DNA of 64,000 nucleotides from an uncultured Bacteriovoracaceae bacterium (GCA_964012805.1 CAXGUD010000022.1:10773-74772), one strand, 5' to 3'; positions 49,988 through 59,939 are shown, counted from the first letter of the stretch. Numbers and translations are program-made. Notes: generated by a model from the letters alone, not told the origin.

Positions 49988-51385
49988 TCAATTCTTTGAA
50001 ATTATTTCCCTCCAATTTATATTATATTTAACATCTCTGTATTTTTCATTTTTTAAAGTAACAGACCCTGGTTTACCCTTTAAACCTTTTAAATTTTTTA
50101 CCTGAGTGAATACTAGTGGTATAACCTGTATTGACAAATTTGATTTGTCTCTTATTAATGACCCGATTACCTCAAAATATTCATTCGTTATATCTGATAA
50201 GTTTTCTATCTTTACTATACAATGACATGATTTAAAATTTTCTAAATGGAACCAAAAGTCATTCTTCTTTGCAAACAACCTTCTTAAGTTGTCATTACCA
50301 TGAGAGCTTAATCCTACTCCAAGTCTAATTTTATTATCTAAAATATATTCATCAAATCCTAGGTCACTAGATTTTTTTGTCTCTTTTAATTTTTCATGCT
50401 TCATTTTCCAGAAAGGTTTTATAACTTTTTCTCGGCTTACACTTATTTTATCCTGTGTAAGATGCACGTTAGATAACTCATTCTCACATTCAGATTTTCT
50501 ATTCAAAAGTATTTCTCTTCCTTTTTTAAATCTTTTTATCTTTTCAAATAATAAATCTCTTTTTTTAAAAAAGCTCCAGTCCTTTTCAAACTTAATCTTT
50601 TTCCCACAAAGAATAAAAAAATCTTTCCCATCTAAGTTTACTTCAAGTTCTTTTAAAGAAGATTCAATTAATGAAATGTTGTCTAATTTTTTTATATCCT
50701 CATTAATTCTGTTAATTTTCTTTTCTAAAAACTTAATTCTTTTAATCTTTAATCTTTCGAAAATTTTATTATCGTTTCGATTAAAATAAGAATCTATTCT
50801 ATCCATCGCATTTATTGATAAGCCAATATTGTTGTCCTGGCTTTTCAATAGATCCTTTCTACCGATACTATCCAATTTTTTTTTTGCAAAATCATATAGT
50901 TCTATAAAATCCTGTGAAATTTTTTTTCCTATTTTTTCTTTTTTTCCAACCCATGAATTGAAAATAAAATAATTATCTGCTTCTGAGTAAATATTTGAAA
51001 AAATTAAGTCCTTTCCTTTCCAAAAAAAAGAAAAACAATTTACTTTTTTATTTTTAAAATAGGGTAGATGAATTATTTTATCGAACTCATCTAATTCGAT
51101 TTCTATTATATTTGAATTCCCAATATTTTTTCTTAAATACTCTAAGAATGAATCCTTTATCCTAAAATCTTTTGGAGGTTGATTTTTACCTTCCCACAAA
51201 CCTTGATATGAGCTTCCTCTTCCTAAGTATAAGTAAGTCGTTTTACCCTTAAACCTAACTACCAGACATATTAGATGAGGTGTGCTATAAATTTTTTGAA
51301 TTTTACCAAATTTGGTTTCACTTTCTTTGAAATTTTCATTATATTGGCTTGTACTTAACTTTAATTCATTATAATTTTGTTTCAT
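49988..51385 (-). CDS. RqcH/FbpA (NFACT) family ribosome quality control protein, divergent
   Basis: NFACT-N-like KIQKIYS...FLEYLRKNI...DKII; coiled coils; NFACT-R-like GNDNL...KNDFWFHLENFKSCHCIV...PGSV. Start set at Met46 of the tracked ORF (ATG 51385-51383). Confidence 0.75.
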   Translation of the reverse strand: MKQNYNELKLSTSQYNENFKESETKFGKIQKIYSTPHLICLVVRFKGKTTYLYLGRGSSYQGLWEGKNQPPKDFRIKDSFLEYLRKNIGNSNIIEIELDEFDKIIHLPYFKNKKVNCFSFFWKGKDLIFSNIYSEADNYFIFNSWVGKKEKIGKKISQDFIELYDFAKKKLDSIGRKDLLKSQDNNIGLSINAMDRIDSYFNRNDNKIFERLKIKRIKFLEKKINRINEDIKKLDNISLIESSLKELEVNLDGKDFFILCGKKIKFEKDWSFFKKRDLLFEKIKRFKKGREILLNRKSECENELSNVHLTQDKISVSREKVIKPFWKMKHEKLKETKKSSDLGFDEYILDNKIRLGVGLSSHGNDNLRRLFAKKNDFWFHLENFKSCHCIVKIENLSDITNEYFEVIGSLIRDKSNLSIQVIPLVFTQVKNLKGLKGKPGSVTLKNEKYRDVKYNINWREIISKN

Positions 51386-53786
51386 GTCTAAAAATCTCTT
51401 TTCAAAAAAAAACGATTTAATTCTCAATCTAATTGACTGGTCTCCTTTAATCAATAAACTTTCTAGGCTATTTAAATTTAATAAGAATATAGCTCGTACC
51501 GAAGTATTTTTCGATGACAATAATAAGATTAATCAGGAAGAAGAACTTAATTCTATTTCTTTTTTTCAACCCCACCTTTTTGATTCTATCGAAAAGTTTA
51601 ATCTTTTTACTAAATTTTTAAATACCAACTTTGACCCCATTATTTCTTTAAAAAAAGTTAATAAAGATGAAATTTTAGAGCTTGCCACAATTAACTCACT
51701 GTGCAATCTTGTCGATTTTTACAAAAGTTCCACGGAAAGTATTACAAAAAACTGGAACAAAAATTACTTATTTGCTTTTCCTAAAGAAAAATTAATCCAA
51801 TTATCCAAAGAACTTCTAAAACCCTTTAGGAGCTTTGTTGAACCCGATGGCAATATCTATTATGAAAGACACCCTTCACTAAAGATAATATTTTCCCAAA
51901 TTAGAAATGAAGAAAAACAAATTAAAAATAACCTTAAAAATATTCTTAACTCAGAGAAGTTTATTCATTCTTTACAGTACAACGCTTTCGACACTATTAA
52001 TGATCGTTATGTTATTCCGATAAGTTCAGATAGTTATTCACACTCACTTGGGAAAATTATATCCAGGTCCGCAAGTGGTAAAACACTCCTTGTCGAACCT
52101 AATGAAATCAGTCATTTTAACGACAAAAGAATAGAGCTCATTAATTTATTAGAAAAAAAAATATTTCAAATCTCTAAAAAGTTTTGCGAAATTATTCAAA
52201 AATACACCACCGAGTTTTCTATAATATCTCAATATACATTTGAAGTTGATTTTTCTTTAGCTAAATCTTTGTTTTGCTATGAAAATAATTTTTCTAAACC
52301 AAAAAATTCAAAAATTAGCTCTATCCAACTTGAAAGTTTCTTTCACCCCCTTATTATAGATCCTGTTAAAAATGACCTTAACTTAAAAGAAAATAAATCT
52401 GGTTTGGTAATATCGGGCCCTAATACGGGTGGAAAGACTGTTACACTAAAATCAATTGCTCTCTGTCATATTTTTTATAAATTAGGTTTCTATGTTCCCT
52501 GTCAGAATAGCTCTATTTACCCCTTCGATGGTATTTACTACTTTTCACATGATCACCAAGATTTACAACAAGGCCTTAGTTCATTTTCCTCTGAGGTAAA
52601 TAATTATATAGACCTGCTACAAGAGTTAAAAAATAATAAATCAAATATTATTTTTATCGATGAAATTTTTAACTCCACTAGCTCTGAAGAAGCTTCTAGT
52701 TTAGCTCTTAGTCTATTGGCTGAAATCGATAAATTTCCTAACACCAAAGTTATTATTTCAACTCACCATCAATTTTTAAAAACATTTATCCATAACGACT
52801 CCAATTATATTTCATCCCATGTGGGCTTTGATTTTCAAAAAAACACTCCAAATTATAAGCTACAAATTGGTACCCCTGGTAGCTCAATGGCCCTCTCTAT
52901 TTTTAGAAATATCTCAAAGCAAAAAGGTCATGACAAAGAACTTTATCTAAAAGCTAAAAATATCTTAAATAAAAAGCAAATTAGTTATGAAAACCTCTTG
53001 AATAAGCTTTCAAAACAAAAGTTAGAATTAGAAAAACTTATTCTTGAAAATAAAAAAATAAATCAAGAACTTTTAAATCAAAAAGAATCCATAAAAGGAG
53101 TTCTTTACCTTGAAAAAGAAAAAGAAGTTTCCAAATTTAAAAGCAAAATACTTAGCATCCTTCTAAAATCAGAAAAACTCCTTGAAAAAGTTAGCAAAAA
53201 GGAAATCCTTAGTAAAAAACAACTTAACAAAGAATCTTGGGGTATTAAAAGGGAGATTGAAGAACAAGTTTTAAGCATAGAGAGTCCCAATAAAAAGAAA
53301 AATCCATCCAGCCTTCTTAAAACTGTTGTAATGGAAGAACTCACAATTAATATGACCCTTTTTTCAACAACACTTAATAAGAATGTTAAAGTTCTTTCAT
53401 GGAACCTAAAAAAAAGTACAGTACTTATCTTAAGTAATTCAATTAAATTGTGGACCCCCTTAAAAGCTCTACGAAAACTAGATAGCAAACCAAACACCGA
53501 TAAAAAGAATAAAAGCAGAGTTGAAGTTTATGTAAATAAGGATAATAAATACCTTACACGTCTTGATTGTAGGGGAATGAAGCTGGAACCCTTTGAAAAA
53601 GTCATTAATCAATCGATATACGAGTTAATTAATGGAGAAATCCCATTTCTTGAGGTTCTTCACGGTCACGGAGAAGGAATATTAAAAAAGTGGTTAAGAA
53701 ACTATATCCAAAAATCCCATCCAGAACTGAGTTGGCATAATCAGGAAGGAAATGACGGCATAACTATTATTAACCTGAGAAAATAA
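51384..53786 (+). CDS. mutS2: MutS2 family ATPase with C-terminal Smr domain
   Basis: SASGKTLLVEP, HPLI, ISGPNTGGKT, LSSFSS, IDEI, STH, GTPGSS, coiled coil, Smr LDCRG...LHGHGEGILK...GNDG. Confidence 0.92.
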   Translation: MSKNLFSKKNDLILNLIDWSPLINKLSRLFKFNKNIARTEVFFDDNNKINQEEELNSISFFQPHLFDSIEKFNLFTKFLNTNFDPIISLKKVNKDEILELATINSLCNLVDFYKSSTESITKNWNKNYLFAFPKEKLIQLSKELLKPFRSFVEPDGNIYYERHPSLKIIFSQIRNEEKQIKNNLKNILNSEKFIHSLQYNAFDTINDRYVIPISSDSYSHSLGKIISRSASGKTLLVEPNEISHFNDKRIELINLLEKKIFQISKKFCEIIQKYTTEFSIISQYTFEVDFSLAKSLFCYENNFSKPKNSKISSIQLESFFHPLIIDPVKNDLNLKENKSGLVISGPNTGGKTVTLKSIALCHIFYKLGFYVPCQNSSIYPFDGIYYFSHDHQDLQQGLSSFSSEVNNYIDLLQELKNNKSNIIFIDEIFNSTSSEEASSLALSLLAEIDKFPNTKVIISTHHQFLKTFIHNDSNYISSHVGFDFQKNTPNYKLQIGTPGSSMALSIFRNISKQKGHDKELYLKAKNILNKKQISYENLLNKLSKQKLELEKLILENKKINQELLNQKESIKGVLYLEKEKEVSKFKSKILSILLKSEKLLEKVSKKEILSKKQLNKESWGIKREIEEQVLSIESPNKKKNPSSLLKTVVMEELTINMTLFSTTLNKNVKVLSWNLKKSTVLILSNSIKLWTPLKALRKLDSKPNTDKKNKSRVEVYVNKDNKYLTRLDCRGMKLEPFEKVINQSIYELINGEIPFLEVLHGHGEGILKKWLRNYIQKSHPELSWHNQEGNDGITIINLRK

Positions 53787-53793
53787 TTACAAA

Positions 53794-54540
53794 TTATTGG
53801 ATTTTAGTTCCAATTCTCCAAGGTCTAAATTTTGATGGATTATCATTCCATGGGAAAATCATGGAAAACCAAACAAACATTGCCCTTCCCTTTATATTTT
53901 TTCTATGTACATAACCCCAATATCTGGAGTCTGAAGAAAAGTCTCTATTATCTCCCATAACAAAGTACATATCTTTTGGTACAATTCGGACATCCAAATC
54001 TGCTTTTGTGTAATCATCTGCATTTTCTTGAACAACATGGTCTCTTATGCCTGTTTTACTTTGAAAAAATTTGAAATTATATGGCTTAAATTTGTCATCC
54101 ATATCTTCCATTATTTTTTTACCATCCAAAGGAGTCAGCTTGATAGGTTTATCGTTTACAAAAACAACCTTATTCTTCATTTCAATTTTGTCACCAGGCA
54201 TGCCGATAACTCTTTTAATATAATTAACGCTTTTGTCTTTTGGAAATTTAAAAACAACTACATCGCCTCTTTTTGGTGACTCCTTCCCAAACAAATATAT
54301 AGGGTCCATGTTAACTCCTAACAAATTAATATCTGAGAACGGAACTTTGAATCCGTAGGAGAATTTATTTACTAAAATAAAATCACCAATCATTAATGTA
54401 GGGATCATAGATCCGGAAGGTATTTTGAATGGTTCGAAGAGAACTGATCGAAAAACTAAAACAGCTAGCAAAATTAATGAAATTGATTTGACTTCTTTCT
54501 TAATATAATCTTTTTTCGACTTTTCCACTTTAAACCTCAC
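53794..54540 (-). CDS. lepB: Signal peptidase I
   Basis: IPSGSMIPTL, YIKRVIG, MGDNRDFSSDSRYWG. Confidence 0.98.
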   Translation of the reverse strand: MRFKVEKSKKDYIKKEVKSISLILLAVLVFRSVLFEPFKIPSGSMIPTLMIGDFILVNKFSYGFKVPFSDINLLGVNMDPIYLFGKESPKRGDVVVFKFPKDKSVNYIKRVIGMPGDKIEMKNKVVFVNDKPIKLTPLDGKKIMEDMDDKFKPYNFKFFQSKTGIRDHVVQENADDYTKADLDVRIVPKDMYFVMGDNRDFSSDSRYWGYVHRKNIKGRAMFVWFSMIFPWNDNPSKFRPWRIGTKIQ

Positions 54541-54546
54541 AAAATA

Positions 54547-55839
54547 CTAAATTTTTTCTTCACTCTTGTTTTTATTTAATGAAGTGATTATTTCTTTCAA
54601 GGGATTAATTTCCTTATAATAGTAATCAATAACCTCTTTTGCCAAATAAGTAGATCTTACAAACCACTTATCAACATTTATATTCATTACACTAATTGAG
54701 ATTCCTTCTCCTAATTTTTTATTTTTAGGAACAGCAAATGCACTAAACCAATCTCTTTTTCCAAATGGGATTCCCCCTGTTATGCTTCCTGTCTTTCCAC
54801 CAATTCTAAGCTCTTCTCTCAAAAACCGATCAAATCTTCTAAAACTTTTTCTAGCAGTCCCCTTTTTTACAGTACTTTCCATCGCCTTAGAAATTAATTT
54901 AGAAGTAGACTTTTTTATAACTCTTTTTTCTAAAAGAGCCGGTTTAACCAAGAGTTCTCTCTTTTTATTATCCGTCAATTTAGAAACAATAAAAGGATAT
55001 TTTATGACCCCATTATTGGCAATAACTGACGATAAAACAGCTGCGTGGATTGGGCTGATCATAGTTTTTTTATTAAAACCTGATGCTATTTCTGCGAGGT
55101 TATAATCATCCTTAGGAACTTCAAAGAATGACTGACCAAGTGATAGTTCCATCATCAATTCTGCATTAAAGCCAAATTTATGTGCCATAATGTTAACAAG
55201 GTTTTTATCAAGGTATTGTAAAGCAGCCTTTCCAAAAATTACGTTATTTGATTTTGCAAAAGCTTCATTTAACGACAACGTCCTTTTCCATCTAAAATGT
55301 GGTTTTTTAAACAATTGGCTTTTATATAAAGTATTTGATTTTCCTGAAAAAGTATGACTACTCTCTAATTCTAAATTTCCTTGCTCCAACAAGCTTGCCA
55401 TTGTGATAATCTTAAAGAGAGATGCTGAGGGATGTGTACTGGAAAAAGGTAATGATAAATTAAATGAGTTATTTTTTCTTGTAAAACCGACCGCCGATAA
55501 AATCCCTCCTGTCTTGTTGTCAATTACCACGATCGAGGAATAATCCGATTTATACTTTTTAAGCAAACTCTTTATCTTTCTAGTCAACTCATCTTGAAAA
55601 GTATAATGAAACTTTAAAGTATCATTTTTAGTATTAAAGTGAGATGGCCAATTATCACCAACTTCGAATACTGAGCTAAAATAAGGTTTGATTGTTTCTA
55701 TTTTTACATAATTCGAGTTTATAGGTTTTGGTTTATTAAAAAATAAAAAGTGGGCTCCTAGATAAACCAAAAAGGAACATATACTTGCTATTAATAATTC
55801 CTTTTTAATAAATCTTAGAATTCTATTATTAGCTTTCAT
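54547..55839 (-). CDS. Penicillin-binding transpeptidase-domain protein lacking a dimerisation domain
   Basis: TM anchor; SxxK (SLFK), SxN (SNN), KTG. Confidence 0.88.
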   Translation of the reverse strand: MKANNRILRFIKKELLIASICSFLVYLGAHFLFFNKPKPINSNYVKIETIKPYFSSVFEVGDNWPSHFNTKNDTLKFHYTFQDELTRKIKSLLKKYKSDYSSIVVIDNKTGGILSAVGFTRKNNSFNLSLPFSSTHPSASLFKIITMASLLEQGNLELESSHTFSGKSNTLYKSQLFKKPHFRWKRTLSLNEAFAKSNNVIFGKAALQYLDKNLVNIMAHKFGFNAELMMELSLGQSFFEVPKDDYNLAEIASGFNKKTMISPIHAAVLSSVIANNGVIKYPFIVSKLTDNKKRELLVKPALLEKRVIKKSTSKLISKAMESTVKKGTARKSFRRFDRFLREELRIGGKTGSITGGIPFGKRDWFSAFAVPKNKKLGEGISISVMNINVDKWFVRSTYLAKEVIDYYYKEINPLKEIITSLNKNKSEEKI

Positions 55840-56428
55840 TATTAAATTCTTTACCTATGACAAAAAACTCTTTACTTACAGAACGAGTGGATTTTGGTTT
55901 TAAAAAAGTAAAATTCTTAAAAAAACCTTTTTTACTTTTTAAAAAACTTTGTGCATCTTGGCTATCAAAAACCTTAATTATGAAGTTACCCCCTTTTCTT
56001 AAAAATATAGGAAGTGATTCAAAAACATTTTCTACTAAAGCCAAGCTCCTGTCTTGGTCAACTGTCTTAATGCCGGTTGTTTTAGGTGCCATATCAGACA
56101 ATACCACGTCAAAAGGGTTTTTGATCCCAATATTGTCCAAAGAATTAATTTCAAAAATATCACTTTCAAAAAGAGTCACATTTTTTAACGATGATAATTT
56201 TTTATTTATTGGTTGAATATCTATCCCTACAACGCTCCCCTTTTCCCCAACTTTATTTGAAGTATATTGAATCCATGAACCAGGATAGTAACCAAGGTCT
56301 AAAACACTATCACCCTTGATAATTATATTATTTTTTTTATCAATTTCTTCCAATTTATAAACACTTCTTGCCAGAAATTTATCTTTTTTCGCTTTGTTAT
56401 AGTAATGATCTTTTACCTTGAAAGACAT
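55829..56428 (-). CDS. rlmE: 23S rRNA Um2552 methyltransferase
   Basis: ARSVYKL, DLGYYPGSW, SDMAP, KPKSTRSVSKE. Confidence 0.95.
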   Translation of the reverse strand: MSFKVKDHYYNKAKKDKFLARSVYKLEEIDKKNNIIIKGDSVLDLGYYPGSWIQYTSNKVGEKGSVVGIDIQPINKKLSSLKNVTLFESDIFEINSLDNIGIKNPFDVVLSDMAPKTTGIKTVDQDRSLALVENVFESLPIFLRKGGNFIIKVFDSQDAQSFLKSKKGFFKNFTFLKPKSTRSVSKEFFVIGKEFNNES

Positions 56429-56440
56429 AAACTCAACCTC

Positions 56441-57382
56441 TCACATACTCACCGCATTAAAAACCTTGGAAACTTGTGATTTGATATCATATTTCCTAAC
56501 CTTTGCAATTAAAGTGGTTTTACTTATCCCCATTTCTCTAGCAGTTTTATTTATTTTTCCACCGTTTTTCGTTAGAGCTTCTCGTATAAAGTCCGCCTCA
56601 AATTGACTCTTTGCAAAAAGGTAATCAGTTGCTTTTAAGCCACATAATTTCGTAGAAGATAAAATTTTTCTAATATCTATCCACTTGGGTAAATTCGATA
56701 ATGTTACTGAAACCTCTTCAGCAGAATTTACCATAAATTCCATGCAATTTTTTATTTCCCTTATATTTCCAGGCCAATCGTAATCAGATAGATGCTTTAA
56801 GCAAGCCTTATTTAATATTAGCTTTTCTTTTTTATAAATGGTTCTATATTTTTCAAAATAATAATTTATAAGTCCTCTCTTTTTTATATTATCGTTTCGT
56901 ATAGGTTCTAATTCATAACTAAAAGTATTTAAACGATAATATAAATCTTCCCTGAAGATTTTTTCTTTAACCATATTCAAAAGGTTTCTGTTTGTAGCTG
57001 CAATAACTCTACCCTGAAACTTTTTTTCTTTTGTACAACCCAGTTTAAAAAAAATCTTTTCTTCTAGAAGAAGGAGCAGTTTTTTTTGAGATGACCAAGA
57101 TAATTCTCCGATTTCATCTAAAAAAAGGGTCCCTTTTCCTACATTCTCAAAGTATCCTTTTTTATCTTTAGTTGCCCCTGTAAAAGACCCTTTCAAGTGG
57201 CCATAAAGCTCACCTTCTATTAAATTATCATTTAACGTCGCTAAATTAACTCCGATAAAAGGCTCTAAAGGACAAATATTATCATGAATGGCTTTTGCAA
57301 AAGTTGATTTTCCTGTTCCAGTCTCACCCAAAAGTAATATTGGCCCTCGGGCGCTTAATATCCAACTTGGTATATTATTCAT
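56441..57382 (-). CDS. Sigma54-dependent activator with no N-terminal regulatory domain
   Basis: GETGTGKS, GSFTGA, LFLDEIG, FREDLYYRL, WPGNIRE, Fis-type HTH; the AAA domain starts at about residue 10. Confidence 0.9.
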   Translation of the reverse strand: MNNIPSWILSARGPILLLGETGTGKSTFAKAIHDNICPLEPFIGVNLATLNDNLIEGELYGHLKGSFTGATKDKKGYFENVGKGTLFLDEIGELSWSSQKKLLLLLEEKIFFKLGCTKEKKFQGRVIAATNRNLLNMVKEKIFREDLYYRLNTFSYELEPIRNDNIKKRGLINYYFEKYRTIYKKEKLILNKACLKHLSDYDWPGNIREIKNCMEFMVNSAEEVSVTLSNLPKWIDIRKILSSTKLCGLKATDYLFAKSQFEADFIREALTKNGGKINKTAREMGISKTTLIAKVRKYDIKSQVSKVFNAVSM

Positions 57383-57461
57383 ATGCGAACCTCCGAAGTG
57401 GGTTCTAAACTAGAAACTCACAGATATACATTAAAAGATTAGTTTTATTTAACAGACTTCT

Positions 57462-58226
57462 TTATTGAAAATTAAATAAGTGCCACACATGATCAAGAAC
57501 CTCTTCTCTACACCAAATTAGGGGTGCATCTAGTCTTTTAGTATCTAGGTTGCTTTGTTTTTTCTTCCCAATAAAAAGCTGAATTCCCCTTTCCTTGCAC
57601 AATATAGTTCCTGCTGCAACATCCCAGATATTTTTTGGTTTTTTTGAAATGACAAAATCACATGCACCTGTTGCTAAATAACCTAACTTTAAAGCAATAC
57701 TCCCTTTCGGAGCAATAAATAGACTAGGGTTCAAACTTTCTTTTTTGTAGAGACCACTATCCCACTCGGACCTAGAAACCAAACAACTTAGGAAACGATT
57801 TTGGTAATTTAAAGCTGGAAAGAAGCGGTCTTCCGAACAAATATCAAAGCCAGTAAAAGGGTTAAAAATCCACCCCCAACAATCCTCAATATTGGGACTC
57901 TTCATTAAGCCTAATGAAAAGGAGCACTCTGCTAAACCAATGGATAATCCTTTCGTTCCATCAATTGGATCTAATACTAATGATGGAAACTTTAATTCAC
58001 TGTGGTCTTCTTCACAATAAAAGTTAAGGTTATTCATTCCAGAAAGTTCGCTTTTGACTAAATCTGAAACAAATATATCGATCTCAGTTACAAGAGAGTT
58101 GTCCTTTTTATGATGTCTTTTTAGGTCATCTGCACTGCCACCAACGTAAACATCCGAAAATTTCTTTAAAATTTTATCTTTTATAAAGTCTCTCTGTGAT
58201 TTAGATATCATCAGGACCAACTCCAA
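57462..58226 (-). CDS. Inositol monophosphatase/CysQ family phosphatase
   Basis: CEED, DPIDGT, GSIALK, WDVAAG. Confidence 0.9.
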   Translation of the reverse strand: MELVLMISKSQRDFIKDKILKKFSDVYVGGSADDLKRHHKKDNSLVTEIDIFVSDLVKSELSGMNNLNFYCEEDHSELKFPSLVLDPIDGTKGLSIGLAECSFSLGLMKSPNIEDCWGWIFNPFTGFDICSEDRFFPALNYQNRFLSCLVSRSEWDSGLYKKESLNPSLFIAPKGSIALKLGYLATGACDFVISKKPKNIWDVAAGTILCKERGIQLFIGKKKQSNLDTKRLDAPLIWCREEVLDHVWHLFNFQ

Positions 58227-59735
58227 CTACATTTTTATAAAATTAAAAAATATTTTTATTCGTCCTTCAAAGTGTGAGTCTAAAAGACAAATTAAAATAT
58301 ACATCAAATATATGATATTTCTATTTGATCGAAACCTACTGGAAAGTTGAAAAATAAACTCTATAGGAATCAAACAAAAAAGAACAATCGGCCATAAAAG
58401 ACCCAAACCATTTATTAAATCAGGAGATATAAAAGCTCCGTAACAAAACAAAATAGACAAAGAAATCAATACTATTGTCATTTTTTTTATATCTATGAAA
58501 AAACTCATTCCCAATTTTTCCATTTTTGGAAACAAATATTTTATTAATAAAATAAAAAAACCTATCAAAGAAAGAGAAAATACTGCTTTTTCATTTATTT
58601 CAAAAAGTATATTTTTTCCAAGTTTTAATATTGACATATTATCTACAGGCTTTAATCCCCCTTCAATAAATAGATGATAGGTTGATAGTGTTAATAAGGA
58701 GGAAAGAAAACCAAAAGAAAAATATTTATAAAATTGTTTTCTAAACCATTTAGTCTTTCGATTTAAAAATAAAAAGTGACATATTGAAAAATGAAAAATT
58801 ATTAGCAAAGAGTAACGAGAATCTAATAATGAAGCAAGAAAGCCTATAGTACCCAAAAAAAGACCTGATTTATAAGTGGAGCTTTTTATAATCCATAGCC
58901 CCGCCCAAACCCAAATAACGCTAAAAACAGACAAGTGTGATAAAACTAGATCTGACGATAAGGTTTTCGAAAAAGACCAAGAAGACAAAATTGCAAATAC
59001 ACCAAGCAGAGCCAATCTTCTTGCAAAAAAATGGCGCAGTAAGGAATAAAAAATAAATAAAAATAAACCCACAAAAACAAAATAAAAAAATGTAAAAAAC
59101 CCTATTTTAAACAAACTAAAGTATTTAAAAAAAGGTAAAAAGTTTATTTTTAAAAAAGTCCATATAAATTTACTTAATGGCTTAACCTCATCTATATAAG
59201 TCCTCAAGTCCTCCATATCTTTCACGTCTGGATATAATGGAAGAGAAAAAACAAAAAAGAGTATAATTAAAAAAAGTAACGTTTTTTCAAACGAATCCAG
59301 ATATTTTATATCCACAAAGTGAGATGTAACGGATTCTTCAATAATTTTACCTCTTGTTGGCCAAGAATAAAAAAGTCCACACAAAATCCAAAAAAACCAA
59401 AAAAAGTTAATCGACCATTTGTAGGAAAAAATATCCAGAAGATTGTAGACTAGAATAACAAAAGTCATTCCCAACAATAGCCTGTAAACTATTCTATCGA
59501 CGGATGAATTAACTTCGAAATATATTTTTAACCTATGGTCAATTTCTTTTCCCAGCAAAAACCATTGGCCTAACATAAAAGAGCAATAAAGCATCATTAG
59601 CAATGCCTTCAAAAAGGGTGGCAAAACCAAAGATTTTTGAACATATATGGGAATTAGAAAAAAAGAAAAGTAACTTAATGTCCTCGTAAAAAAGAAGCGA
59701 GACTTTAATGCAATTATTTTTGATTCAATGGCCAA
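58227..59735 (-). CDS. Polytopic membrane protein, possibly GT-C-like
   Basis: More than ten hydrophobic segments; no definite family motif. Confidence 0.6.
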   Translation of the reverse strand: MAIESKIIALKSRFFFTRTLSYFSFFLIPIYVQKSLVLPPFLKALLMMLYCSFMLGQWFLLGKEIDHRLKIYFEVNSSVDRIVYRLLLGMTFVILVYNLLDIFSYKWSINFFWFFWILCGLFYSWPTRGKIIEESVTSHFVDIKYLDSFEKTLLFLIILFFVFSLPLYPDVKDMEDLRTYIDEVKPLSKFIWTFLKINFLPFFKYFSLFKIGFFTFFYFVFVGLFLFIFYSLLRHFFARRLALLGVFAILSSWSFSKTLSSDLVLSHLSVFSVIWVWAGLWIIKSSTYKSGLFLGTIGFLASLLDSRYSLLIIFHFSICHFLFLNRKTKWFRKQFYKYFSFGFLSSLLTLSTYHLFIEGGLKPVDNMSILKLGKNILFEINEKAVFSLSLIGFFILLIKYLFPKMEKLGMSFFIDIKKMTIVLISLSILFCYGAFISPDLINGLGLLWPIVLFCLIPIEFIFQLSSRFRSNRNIIYLMYILICLLDSHFEGRIKIFFNFIKM

Positions 59736-59776
59736 AGTTTTGCCCTAAATGAAAACATTTTTAATTACGTGTTTTT

Positions 59777-59784
59777 TTATCGGT
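59777..59784 (-). promoter_or_regulatory. Sigma28-type -10 box upstream of the membrane-protein operon
   Basis: ACCGATAA on the minus strand; the -35 is poor. Confidence 0.4.
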
Positions 59785-59939
59785 TATTTAGCATAATCCA
59801 GAATGGATTGTACCAAGAAAGAAATTCCATTAACAATACCACATTGCACAATTTTAGCCCTATGCTATTCTTAAAACGAAAAATGAGAGAAGGGCTGGAA
59901 TATAAAGCCTAATACTAGTAGTCTCCAAGGTTTTTTGTA

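Noticed and set aside
51386..51520. 45-aa N-terminal extension of the NFACT ORF overlapping mutS2
   Set aside because: TTG start antisense to mutS2; family resemblance begins only at Met46.
59885..59925. Structured fliD leader with GGA in a loop (CsrA-like site)
   Set aside because: Stems are only 4-5 bp and easily arise by chance.
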